Virus record (IMG/VR): IMGVR_UViG_3300049472_000121
Span: 1-45,836 of that record
Length of the DNA stretch: 45,836 nucleotides
Reading direction: 5' to 3' (one strand)
From: a virus
Taxonomy: Duplodnaviria > Caudoviricetes
Shown here: one piece after another, positions 27,611 to 35,963 of the stretch
Position numbering within the stretch: position 1 is the stretch's first letter
Layout: each line of letters starts with the position of its first letter
Program-made: the position numbers and the translations under genes
The notes under the pieces: generated by a model
Database searches by the model: none
Seen by the model: the letters and a program-made list of their open reading frames with translations, nothing else
What the model was told of the DNA's origin: nothing

Positions 27611-27639
27611 TTGACTTTTGGGAAATGTGGGAATACGTT
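27611..27639 (+). promoter_or_regulatory. Sigma70-type promoter of the primase-helicase gene
   Basis: TTGACT-17nt-TACGTT. Confidence 0.55.
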
Positions 27640-27670
27640 CAGGGACACAAATTATCTCTGGGAGGGGACT

Positions 27671-30094
27671 GTGAAGACCGAAGGACTGTTTCTAGTTGAA
27701 ATCAAAGACTCAAAAACTGGTAAAGAAGTAATCAAGACGATTACGGATATTGAAATCCCCGACACCCTAAACGAAATGTTTGCCGACAGCGAAAATATTG
27801 TCGCGAAACTTGGTGAGCGCGTACAGCAAATCTACTTCACTGTGGGTCGAGTCAAGCCTAATGGCTCAAAACGACCGGGTCTTGATCAACAACAAATCAT
27901 GTTTGATTTTGACTATGTCATCCAAGACCGAAAAGAAGAATACGTAAAACTATTCTGCGAACATTTTAAACTTGACCGCGAGAAGACAGGCATTGTTGAT
28001 TCGGGGTACGGGCTTCAGTTTCACGTAATGTTTAAAACACCAGCCGTCGAAAAAGATTTCAATGAGTGTGATGGATTCTTCCGTACTCAAGTGCGTCTCA
28101 TGGAACTTAAGATGCAGGATTCGGGGTTAATTGACGAGTTTATTATTGGTGGTAAAAAACAAATCACACACATAGACTCAAGCGTGTTTAGACTTGCATC
28201 CTTGGCTCGATTCCCAAACACAATTAATCACGCACCTAAGAAGGAACGTGAGTTGCGCCGTACGAAGTTGATTCAAGGAAAGGTAGAACCCCAGGCTGAT
28301 AGCCTGAAAGCTCTCCTACAAATTGATCTGGATGAAGAACTTGGTGAAACCAAGAACATCCGCACTTTAAAAATAGATACGGAATTTGTCAAGCAGAACT
28401 GCGGATTATTGCAATTTGCCCTAAATAATCCTGCTGATTTACACGAGAAAGACTTCTTTCTTGTAGTGGGACTTCTTAAGCATTGCGCGAAAACGGAAGC
28501 CGATGGGGAAGCGCTGTGTCTTGAATTTTTTAGAGAGCTTAAGAGAGTCACCAAATCACCTACTCTGGGTGGGTATTCTGAAAAGAAGGCGCTCGAGAAA
28601 ATCATTCGTGCAAAACCTGCGAGCTACAAGAAGATCGACCTTCATGGTGACTGGTGTAAAAATGACCCTGGACGCCCGCGTAATCAGCACCCACTTCAAA
28701 TGCGCTCACCTAATTTTATAGCGACCCAAGATTCGGGGTTCCATAGAGTTAAAGAAAATAAAAATGGGCAGTTCACCTATCAGCCAGAGTTTGAAGACCT
28801 CAGACGATTTTTTGAACTACAACACAGCTACATCTCATGTAACGAAGTATGTTGGATCTTCAATGGAAAATTCTACGAGCGATTTGAAAAAGATTTCCTG
28901 AAAAATTTTGCGCAGGAACACTTCAACCCAACAGCCGACACATCAATGGTATCAGAATTTACGAATCTGGTGTTGCGCACCAATCTTATACGTCCGGCTG
29001 ATTGGGAAAAGAATACTGAGCGCAAGACTTGTTTTAACAACGGAGTTTTGGATATTGATTCGGGGGTCTTTACTCCTCACGACGACAAGAAAACGACTAA
29101 ACAATTTTTGTTTAGGTCATGTGTTCCTTACGACTACGACCCACAGGCAACTGCACCGCTGTTTGATAAGTTTATGGATGATGTGGTTCGTGGAATACCA
29201 GAATTTAAACAAAATGCGCTGGAGTATTTTGGCTACGCAATAGCAGGCGAGCCGATCTGGCTTGCGCAAACGCTACTTCTCTTGGGTCCCGATGGCGCGG
29301 GTGGTAAATCCACAACGCTTGACACAGTAAAAAAGGTGGTTGGTTCGGGGTTATACTCCACCCTGTCGTTGGAAGACCTGAACGACCCCCAAGCCCGAGC
29401 CATGTTAGAAGGCAAATACTTTAACGTCTTCGGTGAGACTGAGAGTTCAAAGTACATGCAATCGAAAGTCTGGAAGGCGCTCACCACAGGTGAAGAGGTC
29501 ACAATTAAGAACGTCTTTGAAAAACCCTACTCCATTAAGTCTAGGGCTAAGATGATGTTCGCCTCAAACCACGTGCCAAAGAGTAATGACACAAGTGACG
29601 CGTTCTTTAGGCGCTGGCTTGTCATACCCTTTACGCGCAACTTTATTGAGGAGGGTGTCGTTGACTCATTCATTGGTAAGAAGCTTGAAGCTGAACTGCC
29701 CGGTATCTTCAACATGCTAGTAAACGCGTATAAACGACTCAAGGCTCGGGGTTCTTTTGAGATTGGCCCCGAATCTCGCAAAGTGTTTGAAGAGTTCAAG
29801 AATGAAGTAGACCCTGTTCGTGGGTGGTTTTATGAATGTGTGGAGGATCAGGGAACTGGTGAAGAGGCTAGGGCGTCATTTGTTTCTTCAAGCGATCTCT
29901 TCGCCAACTTCCACCAGTATTGTCGTGACCAAAACCTAGAGTTTGGTGGGAAAATTGTGACAGGTAAAGCGTTTGCGCTTAAGATTCAAAAGATGTTTAA
30001 GAACCCCAAAATTGACCGCCAGATTAGACGAAGCGGTGGCTCAGGTGACTCAAAACGAGGGTACTGGGGTCTAAGAACTAAATTGGAGAATTAA
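27671..30094 (+). CDS. Primase-helicase (AEP-type primase, D5_N, SF3 helicase)
   Basis: MFDFDY and DSGYGLQFH primase motifs; FNNGVLD; GAGGKST Walker A; FASNHVP; AFFRRW. Start reassigned to GTG 27671 after GGGAGG. Confidence 0.93.
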   Translation: MKTEGLFLVEIKDSKTGKEVIKTITDIEIPDTLNEMFADSENIVAKLGERVQQIYFTVGRVKPNGSKRPGLDQQQIMFDFDYVIQDRKEEYVKLFCEHFKLDREKTGIVDSGYGLQFHVMFKTPAVEKDFNECDGFFRTQVRLMELKMQDSGLIDEFIIGGKKQITHIDSSVFRLASLARFPNTINHAPKKERELRRTKLIQGKVEPQADSLKALLQIDLDEELGETKNIRTLKIDTEFVKQNCGLLQFALNNPADLHEKDFFLVVGLLKHCAKTEADGEALCLEFFRELKRVTKSPTLGGYSEKKALEKIIRAKPASYKKIDLHGDWCKNDPGRPRNQHPLQMRSPNFIATQDSGFHRVKENKNGQFTYQPEFEDLRRFFELQHSYISCNEVCWIFNGKFYERFEKDFLKNFAQEHFNPTADTSMVSEFTNLVLRTNLIRPADWEKNTERKTCFNNGVLDIDSGVFTPHDDKKTTKQFLFRSCVPYDYDPQATAPLFDKFMDDVVRGIPEFKQNALEYFGYAIAGEPIWLAQTLLLLGPDGAGGKSTTLDTVKKVVGSGLYSTLSLEDLNDPQARAMLEGKYFNVFGETESSKYMQSKVWKALTTGEEVTIKNVFEKPYSIKSRAKMMFASNHVPKSNDTSDAFFRRWLVIPFTRNFIEEGVVDSFIGKKLEAELPGIFNMLVNAYKRLKARGSFEIGPESRKVFEEFKNEVDPVRGWFYECVEDQGTGEEARASFVSSSDLFANFHQYCRDQNLEFGGKIVTGKAFALKIQKMFKNPKIDRQIRRSGGSGDSKRGYWGLRTKLEN

Positions 30095-30705
30095 CCCCGT
30101 TTCAGGTTACAGGTTGCGCAAATGGTTCGTAGTCTTGCGTTGACTGCGTGAAACGCAATCCATGGAATTGTAAACCACTCTAAGTCTGACTCCCGAAACT
30201 TGGCTCGATGAGTATCGGGACAATCGTCAAAGTGTGTTGGCACTAGAGTCTTGTCTTCCAGAAACTTCTGCGCTAATTCCTCAAAAGGTATGATGTGATC
30301 AACATGCGCATGTGTGATGTATTTTGCGCATAAGGGGCAGGATTCGGGGTGATCTTTGGCTATGTGCGCTCTGATCTGCGGCTCAATGGCGACACGCATA
30401 GCTTGTCTGAGTTTGTCCTTATGGGACATCCAAGTACCTGAAAGGCAGCGCACCCAACTGAAATCAACTGTGGAGCCGTCTTTGCGCACAATTAGCGGCT
30501 CGAAGGTCTTAGAGAGGTCGCGCCACTCTAGCTCAAAGCGCAGTACCCCACATCCCCACTTCTCTTCGTAATGAGGGTGGCGCATGAGGAGTGCCATGTA
30601 GAGGGGGTTTTCTGGGTTGAATGTTTCGGGGGTTAGGCTTGCGCGGATGGCGGTATGCGCTGCTTTTTTGGAGGGGAAGGTGATTCCTGCTAAAGTTATT
30701 TTCAT
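30091..30705 (-). CDS. DUF3223 (DeCL)-like domain fused to an HNH nuclease
   Basis: RHPHYEEKWGCGV...RKDGSTVDFSWVRCL then CPLC...HVDHIIPF...CATCN. Confidence 0.75.
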   Translation of the reverse strand: MKITLAGITFPSKKAAHTAIRASLTPETFNPENPLYMALLMRHPHYEEKWGCGVLRFELEWRDLSKTFEPLIVRKDGSTVDFSWVRCLSGTWMSHKDKLRQAMRVAIEPQIRAHIAKDHPESCPLCAKYITHAHVDHIIPFEELAQKFLEDKTLVPTHFDDCPDTHRAKFRESDLEWFTIPWIAFHAVNARLRTICATCNLKRG

Positions 30706-30914
30706 AAACCCACAATCTTTTTCAAACGCTTAATCTTCGGGTCTGTAAAAAGCGCGCTGACACCGCGACTATCCCATTCTTTTCGTAGCTTAGAAACAAA
30801 AAGCTGATCTTCTTCAGTATTGGCGCAAGATTCGGCTAAAACTAGAAGTTCGTCAAAAGATTCGGGGGTCAAATTGTGGTCCTCTAAGGAGTTTATGATG
30901 GGTGAATAGGGCAT
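30702..30914 (-). CDS. Hypothetical protein
   Basis: GGAG RBS; upstream sigma70 promoter. Confidence 0.7.
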   Translation of the reverse strand: MPYSPIINSLEDHNLTPESFDELLVLAESCANTEEDQLFVSKLRKEWDSRGVSALFTDPKIKRLKKIVGL

Positions 30915-30950
30915 CGGGGTTCTCCAAAATTGTAATGTTTGTGTTGCGCA

Positions 30951-30980
30951 AAACTAGCTTTTTATTCCGTGCCGTGTCAA
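30951..30980 (-). promoter_or_regulatory. Sigma70 promoter
   Basis: TTGACA-18nt-TAGTTT. Confidence 0.6.
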
Positions 30981-31218
30981 TGACGGATTATGACGGATTA
31001 TTTAGCGATCCGTCATGGTATTTTTATCAACAATTCTAACTATTTATAGAGATTTCCTGACGGATTACCACATTATTGAGCTATATTATTTGTATATAAA
31101 ATTACAAAAAATAAATTTTGTTTTATTTTTTTCCACAACCTCTCGCGATTTTGATGCGGATCCGTCAGTACCCTACCTAAGTACTATGAAATCATTCATT
31201 CGTAACGTGCCGTGTTAA
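30968..31218. other. Putative replication origin (iterons plus AT-rich tract)
   Basis: TGACGGAT at 30981, 30991, 31058 and inverted at 31008, 31160; AT-rich 31020-31140; flanking CGTGCCGTGTYAA repeats. Confidence 0.65.
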
Positions 31219-31405
31219 AGTCCAAAAACCAAATTTCCAATTTCGATTTCAAATTTTCATTCCGGATTTCACCTTATAGGCGCTTTCAGAAAAGTAGCCC
31301 CGGCGGCCCAGGTGGGGTGACAGTCCCGGCTCGAAAATTGCGCTTTTTGAATTTTACGTGAAGGTTTTTCGCTGCGTCATTTTCGCGGTCTATACTAGTA
31401 TAGAC

Positions 31406-31421
31406 TGCGAGGACCATGCCA
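31406..31421 (-). promoter_or_regulatory. Sigma54 -24/-12 promoter
   Basis: TGGCATGGTCCTCGCA (GG-N10-GC); upstream IHF site and enhancer-like palindromes. Confidence 0.6.
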
Positions 31422-31488
31422 GCTTGATTTTATTGGCTTTTTTCCTTTGTTAATTTTAAAAGCGATTAAATTTTAGTCGATTTTGCTG

Positions 31489-31501
31489 TAAGTTATTGAT
31501 T
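31489..31501. promoter_or_regulatory. IHF binding site
   Basis: TAAGTTATTGATT is a full match to YAANNNNTTGATW. Confidence 0.65.
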
Positions 31502-31542
31502 TTATACCTGTCGATTCTTTAGGCGGTGTCTATTTGATCGAC

Positions 31543-31661
31543 GCCCAGAGGCCCAAGCCCAGAGGCCCAAGCCCAGAGGCCCAAGCCCAGAGGCCCAAGC
31601 CCAGAGGCCCAAGCCCAGAGGCCCAAGCCCAGAGGCCCAAGCCCAGAGGCCCAAGCCCAGA
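31543..31661. repeat. Perfect tandem repeat (GCCCAGAGGCCCAA) x8.5
   Basis: Eight identical 14-bp units plus 7 bp. Confidence 0.97.
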
Positions 31662-31665
31662 AACT

Positions 31666-31703
31666 AAAAAACCCCGGCCCCTGGATCTCTCCAAGAACCG
31701 GGG
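31666..31703 (-). terminator. Rho-independent terminator of the early operon
   Basis: CCCCGGTTCTTGGA-GAGA-TCCAGGGGCCGGGG followed by TTTTTT. Confidence 0.85.
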
Positions 31704-31747
31704 CCAATTGCCCTCGAGAAAATACCACTTAACCAAAGGGCAAAAAC

Positions 31748-31837
31748 TTAACGCTTAATTAGTTCAGGCAACCAAAAAACCATAGTAGCCAGCGCAATAT
31801 AGCAAGCGATGCAAAGCAGAAAAACAAAGGTCCACAT
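31748..31837 (-). CDS. Small membrane peptide, 29 aa (MWTFVFLLCIACY...)
   Basis: Hydrophobic ORF between the lipoprotein gene and the terminator; weak RBS. Confidence 0.45.
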   Translation of the reverse strand: MWTFVFLLCIACYIALATMVFWLPELIKR

Positions 31838-31848
31838 CCAATCTTTAA

Positions 31849-32064
31849 TTATTTGCATATGATCGCCCCAAACCCATCCGGTTCACAAACTACTTGAGGC
31901 GCTGAAGTACTTTGTTGAGGCGCGCCCCAGCCCGGCGCCCGAGCTGCTTGGACTGCGAACCCGTTCCAAAACGCCGCTCCTTCGCGCTGCCCCTCTTCAA
32001 AACTTTCAATCATTGAAGCGCAAGCGCCCAGGCTTAACAAACTTAAGATCAAAAAAATTCTCAT
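31849..32064 (-). CDS. Early lipoprotein
   Basis: MRIFLILSLLSLGAC lipobox; GGGGAG RBS. Confidence 0.75.
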   Translation of the reverse strand: MRIFLILSLLSLGACASMIESFEEGQREGAAFWNGFAVQAARAPGWGAPQQSTSAPQVVCEPDGFGAIICK

Positions 32065-32065
32065 T

Positions 32066-32821
32066 TTAATTTACTCCCCTAATAACAAACCCGCTCAAAT
32101 CTTTACGCGCGCGCCCTTTGGCTTTTAGCGCAACAAGACTCCCGGCGGGGTTAAGAAAACGAATATCGTGAGTATCCCCGTCAACTAGTTCAACTCCCGG
32201 AAGAAAATCAGGGATAGAATCAAAAACAGCCGCCACACGAAAACCCAAGTTAAGCGCCGCCCAGGCCTCACAGTCATTTGACTCACTCCGTGAAAAAGTT
32301 AAGTCATAATTTTTAGGCAATGGCTTTTTGAGGCGCGCGAAAATTTTTGTGTAGTCATAAAATTGAACATTGGGAAAACGCTCAAACAATTGAGGCGCGA
32401 TCAACTCCCAGCATATGTCACTTGTCCCGTTAAGTCTTATTGCTAATCTCATTTTCAGCAGCGCCGCCCGTTTTTCAGCGCGGGCAATTTCGCGCTCCAG
32501 CTGGGCTAAAAATTCCACCCGGTTTTCCAAAAAATAATAAGTCTTGTTTAATCGCGCCCGTTGTATTGACTCAAACGCGCCACGCCCGGCCGAGTAAAGG
32601 CAAGCCGCTCTACATCCATCACTCGCTTTAGGGCACAAGTCAACCCCGCTTAAATCGCTGGGCGCAAGGTATAAAATACCAGTCATCACACCGAGCGACT
32701 CGCCCTTAGTTGTTTTTGCGTTTTCGTAGCCTAATAAATTGTCAGGGATATAATATTTATTTTCCACGTTACACCGCCCCTTGGAAAATAGTTTTTTCAG
32801 CGAGGTCCCAAAGTTTTTCAT
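32066..32821 (-). CDS. GP88-family protein (Cys-triad, radical-SAM-like fold)
   Basis: GILYLAP...CPKASDGCRAACL...IRLNGTSD...FYDYTK...VDGDTHDIRF; true start probably the GTG near 32767. Confidence 0.85.
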   Translation of the reverse strand: MKNFGTSLKKLFSKGRCNVENKYYIPDNLLGYENAKTTKGESLGVMTGILYLAPSDLSGVDLCPKASDGCRAACLYSAGRGAFESIQRARLNKTYYFLENRVEFLAQLEREIARAEKRAALLKMRLAIRLNGTSDICWELIAPQLFERFPNVQFYDYTKIFARLKKPLPKNYDLTFSRSESNDCEAWAALNLGFRVAAVFDSIPDFLPGVELVDGDTHDIRFLNPAGSLVALKAKGRARKDLSGFVIRGVN

Positions 32822-33557
32822 TCTTTTCCAGCTGGGAGTTTGGAGATTTCACATCACGCAAATTAACAAAGTCTTTTCCATTGATGGAAAACCCAATACC
32901 TTTTCGCATAAAGTTTTCTTGGACTCGATTAAATACTTTCCAGGCGTCATTGCCCGCGTCAAGTGAGCGCCTCGAGTGGAGCATCAAATCAAGCGCGTTG
33001 TCTTTGAACGCGCCCTCTAATCTTTCATAATTTTCACCCAGTTTAAGCTCAAGCGCGCCCTTAGAAAATTCACGTTGCTGAAAATAATTAGTTTGAAGCT
33101 GACTTAATTGCTCAACGCGTTCGCTTAAGCGCATCGAATTTTCCAGCATCAACTCAATTGCGCGGGGCAATTGTTCAAGCGCTTTTTTCGAGTGACGCAA
33201 GCTCAACCCCGCAAAATCGCCAATGCTGCCTACCATACCATTGGCACAAATTAAGCGGTACAATGCCATTTTGAGCTGAAGTCCGGTCGAACCATTGTGG
33301 GAGTTAATCAAAGTAATGCGGCTTAACGTGTGAAGTGATTTTGTTGCGCGAAGTTCTTGCATTTTTGGATGGTCAAATGTAACGAAGTGTTTTTGAAAAC
33401 CATCATTTTCTTGATTTTTCACCCGCGCCGCGTAGCTTGATACAATTTTAAAATCGGCTTGCGTGAATTTTTCAATTAAGGCGCTGGAGTCGATAAACTG
33501 ATATTTATCGGTGAGCGTTGATTTTGCCTGTATTTGAGTAATTGGGTTTTTAGTCAT
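32769..33557 (-). CDS. DUF932/DUF945-family protein
   Basis: LINSHNGS...YRLICANGMV...WKVFNRVQEN; AAGGAG before ATG 33557 (ORF track 33602). Confidence 0.88.
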   Translation of the reverse strand: MTKNPITQIQAKSTLTDKYQFIDSSALIEKFTQADFKIVSSYAARVKNQENDGFQKHFVTFDHPKMQELRATKSLHTLSRITLINSHNGSTGLQLKMALYRLICANGMVGSIGDFAGLSLRHSKKALEQLPRAIELMLENSMRLSERVEQLSQLQTNYFQQREFSKGALELKLGENYERLEGAFKDNALDLMLHSRRSLDAGNDAWKVFNRVQENFMRKGIGFSINGKDFVNLRDVKSPNSQLEKNEKLWDLAEKTIFQGAV

Positions 33558-33645
33558 GGTATTTTCTCCTTTATTAGTTAAGTGGTGAGTCAATCTTTGC
33601 AAATTGACCCACCCGAATCAAGTTAATTTTGTGTTAAGAAACTCG

Positions 33646-33915
33646 TTAGATAATTTCAGCGACTCTAGTTTTTACATTTTCTAGTTCATCACGTTTTTCT
33701 AATAACCAAAGCGCCCCTATATCGCAAATCGGCGTTGATGAGTCGCCAAGGTCAGAAACAATCACACGCGTTGCAATTGATTCTTTAAAGCAGTCGCTCA
33801 AGTCATCTAATAAAAACTGGATTGTATCCAAAGCTTCTTTAGTTCTTTTGTCTAATTTGTGTTTTTGTTTAAATTTTTTCATATATTTCCTTTCAATTAA
33901 GCAATTACTTTGCAT
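33646..33915 (-). CDS. Hypothetical early protein
   Basis: AAGGA before MKKFKQ; member of the early operon. Confidence 0.65.
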   Translation of the reverse strand: MQSNCLIERKYMKKFKQKHKLDKRTKEALDTIQFLLDDLSDCFKESIATRVIVSDLGDSSTPICDIGALWLLEKRDELENVKTRVAEII

Positions 33916-34217
33916 CGAAGTTCTGAATATTGAGTGATTTTTTCAAATTTCTTAATGCCCTCAATGCCCAGCGCCACAGTGAGCGCCTCGCGATCAAGTG
34001 TTTTTCTTTCGCGAAAATCTTGCGTGATCATGACTCCATCCAGGAGAACAGCTGGTGACTCCCCAATGACTCCCAGGAGCAGCGCCCGTAGTTCTGTTTT
34101 TTGTTTTTCTAATTGTTTAATTTGTTCACAAATTTCATAATATTTTTTTGCAGTACTCATAATATCCCCTTTGTTAAGCCGATTTTTTGCGGCGTTGTTT
34201 ACTTTGTTTATTCGCAC
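33897..34217 (-). CDS. Hypothetical early coiled-coil protein
   Basis: AAGGGG before MSTAKK; IKQLEKQKTELR. Confidence 0.7.
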   Translation of the reverse strand: MRINKVNNAAKNRLNKGDIMSTAKKYYEICEQIKQLEKQKTELRALLLGVIGESPAVLLDGVMITQDFRERKTLDREALTVALGIEGIKKFEKITQYSELRCKVIA

Positions 34218-34371
34218 TCACGATTTCAATTTTACTTTCAAACTGTTTTTCACGGGCGGCGTTTTCCGCTTGCTTAACAGCGCTCCGAAGAACAAACGCA
34301 TGATTTTCAGCGCGCTCATTTAGCAATGTATTTTTTCTGGTCCACTCGATTAAGTTGATAATATTTTTCAT
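34174..34371 (-). CDS. Hypothetical early protein
   Basis: In operon; GAGG upstream. Confidence 0.55.
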   Translation of the reverse strand: MKNIINLIEWTRKNTLLNERAENHAFVLRSAVKQAENAAREKQFESKIEIVSANKQSKQRRKKSA

Positions 34372-34373
34372 AA

Positions 34374-34466
34374 CTAGTTAAGCCTCGAAAAAATTGCTAG
34401 CAGCTCAATGCCCACACTTCCGAAAATTGCTGTTATTGGGATTAGTATTTCAACTTTATTTTTCAT
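34374..34466 (-). CDS. First early gene: 30-aa hydrophobic peptide (MKNKVEILIPITAIF...)
   Basis: GAGGAAAATACC before ATG 34466, same leader end as the DUF932 gene. Confidence 0.55.
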   Translation of the reverse strand: MKNKVEILIPITAIFGSVGIELLAIFSRLN

Positions 34467-34522
34467 GGTATTTTCCTCGTTTGACTTATCGCTTAATTGC
34501 GTTTCAGTCATACAAGGTATGA

Positions 34523-34538
34523 TGCATTTCATGTGCCA
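34523..34538 (-). promoter_or_regulatory. Sigma54 -24/-12 promoter of the early operon
   Basis: TGGCACATGAAATGCA (GG-N10-GC); predicted start ~34512, ~46 nt before the first ATG. Confidence 0.65.
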
Positions 34539-34612
34539 CGATTTAAGTAATTGTTTTCGCATCAGCTGCGTTGGCACACTTCGTGAGGGGTGCTGAATAA
34601 CTTTTAGTCGCG

Positions 34613-34693
34613 TGTCTAATAACTAAACAGATTTTGTTTAGCGTCAACTAGTTACAAGATCGACTCGTGGGAATTGTGTCTAAAATTTAAACA
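34613..34693. promoter_or_regulatory. Paired enhancer-like (UAS) palindromes
   Basis: TGTCTAATAACTAAACA (34613-29) and TGTCTAAAATTTAAACA (34677-93), ~100-180 bp upstream of the sigma54 start. Confidence 0.55.
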
Positions 34694-34810
34694 GGTCAAA
34701 GTCCCTCTATATAATGACACAAAGCAAGGTGACAAAAATAGGGGTATTTCGTCACCGCTCAATTGTTAACCCCGATCCCCGCATCAAACCAAAAACACCC
34801 AGGAACCTAA

Positions 34811-35074
34811 ATTCAAGTACTTAGCAAATCTAATGTTTCTACCTAAAAACGCCCCTAAACTTAATTATGTAAACCACTCCTTGTAAGTACCCCGAATCAT
34901 TGAACAATTCACGATAGTAACATTAGACAGGCATCGAATAATTATGCACCATTATGCAAGGTACTTGTAAGTAGTTGAATTGATTCGGGATTCTAGTTGG
35001 CACGACTTGCTAGTAGCAAGATCCATGCCAAGCTAACTAGTTGAATTTGTTCAGGAAAAGCTAAGTACTTGATT
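34811..35074. promoter_or_regulatory. Cluster of IHF-like sites
   Basis: 34811-23 (reverse), 34968-80, 35034-46 (one mismatch each) and 35062-74 (perfect). Confidence 0.6.
35014..35030 (-). promoter_or_regulatory. Sigma54 -24/-12 promoter
   Basis: TGGCATGGATCTTGCTA, near consensus TGGCACG-N4-TTGCW. Confidence 0.7.
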
Positions 35075-35198
35075 CCTTTGACGGGGGTGGGGGTCGTTGG
35101 CAAAATAATTTTAATAGTTACCCCCGAACCCAAAAAAATTTTTTCAAAAAAAGCCCTAATCTTTGCTTATTTTCTACAGCAATGTAGTCTCAGGAATA

Positions 35199-35963
35199 AT
35201 GGCAAAAAATTCCACCGCTCTTGAACCCCGAAACTTCTCACTCGCATCGGCGGATCACTCACAAGGAGTATCTCTATTTGATCGCGAAAACCCCGATTCA
35301 CTCATCAATTGTACTGAGGGTGCATTAAGAAAATGTCTCGAGATGGTTGAGCAAAGCAAAGAAGCAAGACGTATTATCCGCATGAATGAAAGAGAGCTTC
35401 GGGAATTAAAACCGAGCGCTCAAGATATGCGGCTTCGTATTTCTTTTTGGGACGAACATTCTAGGGCTGTTGAGTCGGGGACTACTATGAAGCTCTCTCG
35501 AATTTTTGCAGGTATTGTAGCGGGTGAAACTTTTGAGGAAAATTATTTACCATCTCCTGCAAAGATGGGGATGTTGTTAAATACGCCTCCTGTTTACAAA
35601 ACAGCAGCGCAAGAGATTTTGAACACGGGTCTTGAGAGGTTGCGCGACATTATAGAATTGCCTTTGCTTAATTCTAAAGGACAGGTTCAAGCGCCAGTTG
35701 TGAACGCAATTTTGAAAGCAGTAGATATGTTGGATAAACGCATCCACGGGATGGCGCTACAAAAGATTGCGGTTCACCAACACTCAACGCATGGAGGGGG
35801 GACCCCCATCGATGTTCCTGCTTCAGCGCAAGATCAGGTTGCGCTTTTAGAAAAACAAATTTCTGAAGTGCGAAAGAAAATGAATGAGAAGTATGCGGTG
35901 TTACCTAGCGCCAACAATGTTGAGATAGTTGTCGAGAAAGCTCAAGATGACGAAGAAACGTGA
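35199..35963 (+). CDS. Putative terminase small subunit
   Basis: Directly upstream of and overlapping terL; helical; TTGCTT-16-TAGTCT upstream (ORF track starts 35163). Confidence 0.65.
   Translation: MAKNSTALEPRNFSLASADHSQGVSLFDRENPDSLINCTEGALRKCLEMVEQSKEARRIIRMNERELRELKPSAQDMRLRISFWDEHSRAVESGTTMKLSRIFAGIVAGETFEENYLPSPAKMGMLLNTPPVYKTAAQEILNTGLERLRDIIELPLLNSKGQVQAPVVNAILKAVDMLDKRIHGMALQKIAVHQHSTHGGGTPIDVPASAQDQVALLEKQISEVRKKMNEKYAVLPSANNVEIVVEKAQDDEET

Noticed and set aside
31015-31218. 67-aa plus-strand ORF
   Set aside because: Overlaps the AT-rich iteron region, no RBS, low-complexity translation.
31457-31483. Sigma28-like promoter TAAA-N15-GTCGATTT
   Set aside because: Several mismatches to GCCGATAA in AT-rich DNA and no downstream gene; no clear sigma28 box found before the late genes either.
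31543-31661. CRISPR array
   Set aside because: Units are contiguous with no spacers; no cas genes.
31519-31758. ORFs translated across the 14-bp tandem repeat (LGLGLWAWASG..., PKPRGPSPEA...)
   Set aside because: The repeat lacks stop codons, so ORFs arise in several frames; no RBS and the minus ones cross a terminator.
34998-35011. Plus-strand sigma54-like box TGGCACGACTTGCT, and TGGCACACTTCGTGA near 34572
   Set aside because: GG-to-GC spacing is 8 instead of 10 in the first; the second lacks the -12 GC.
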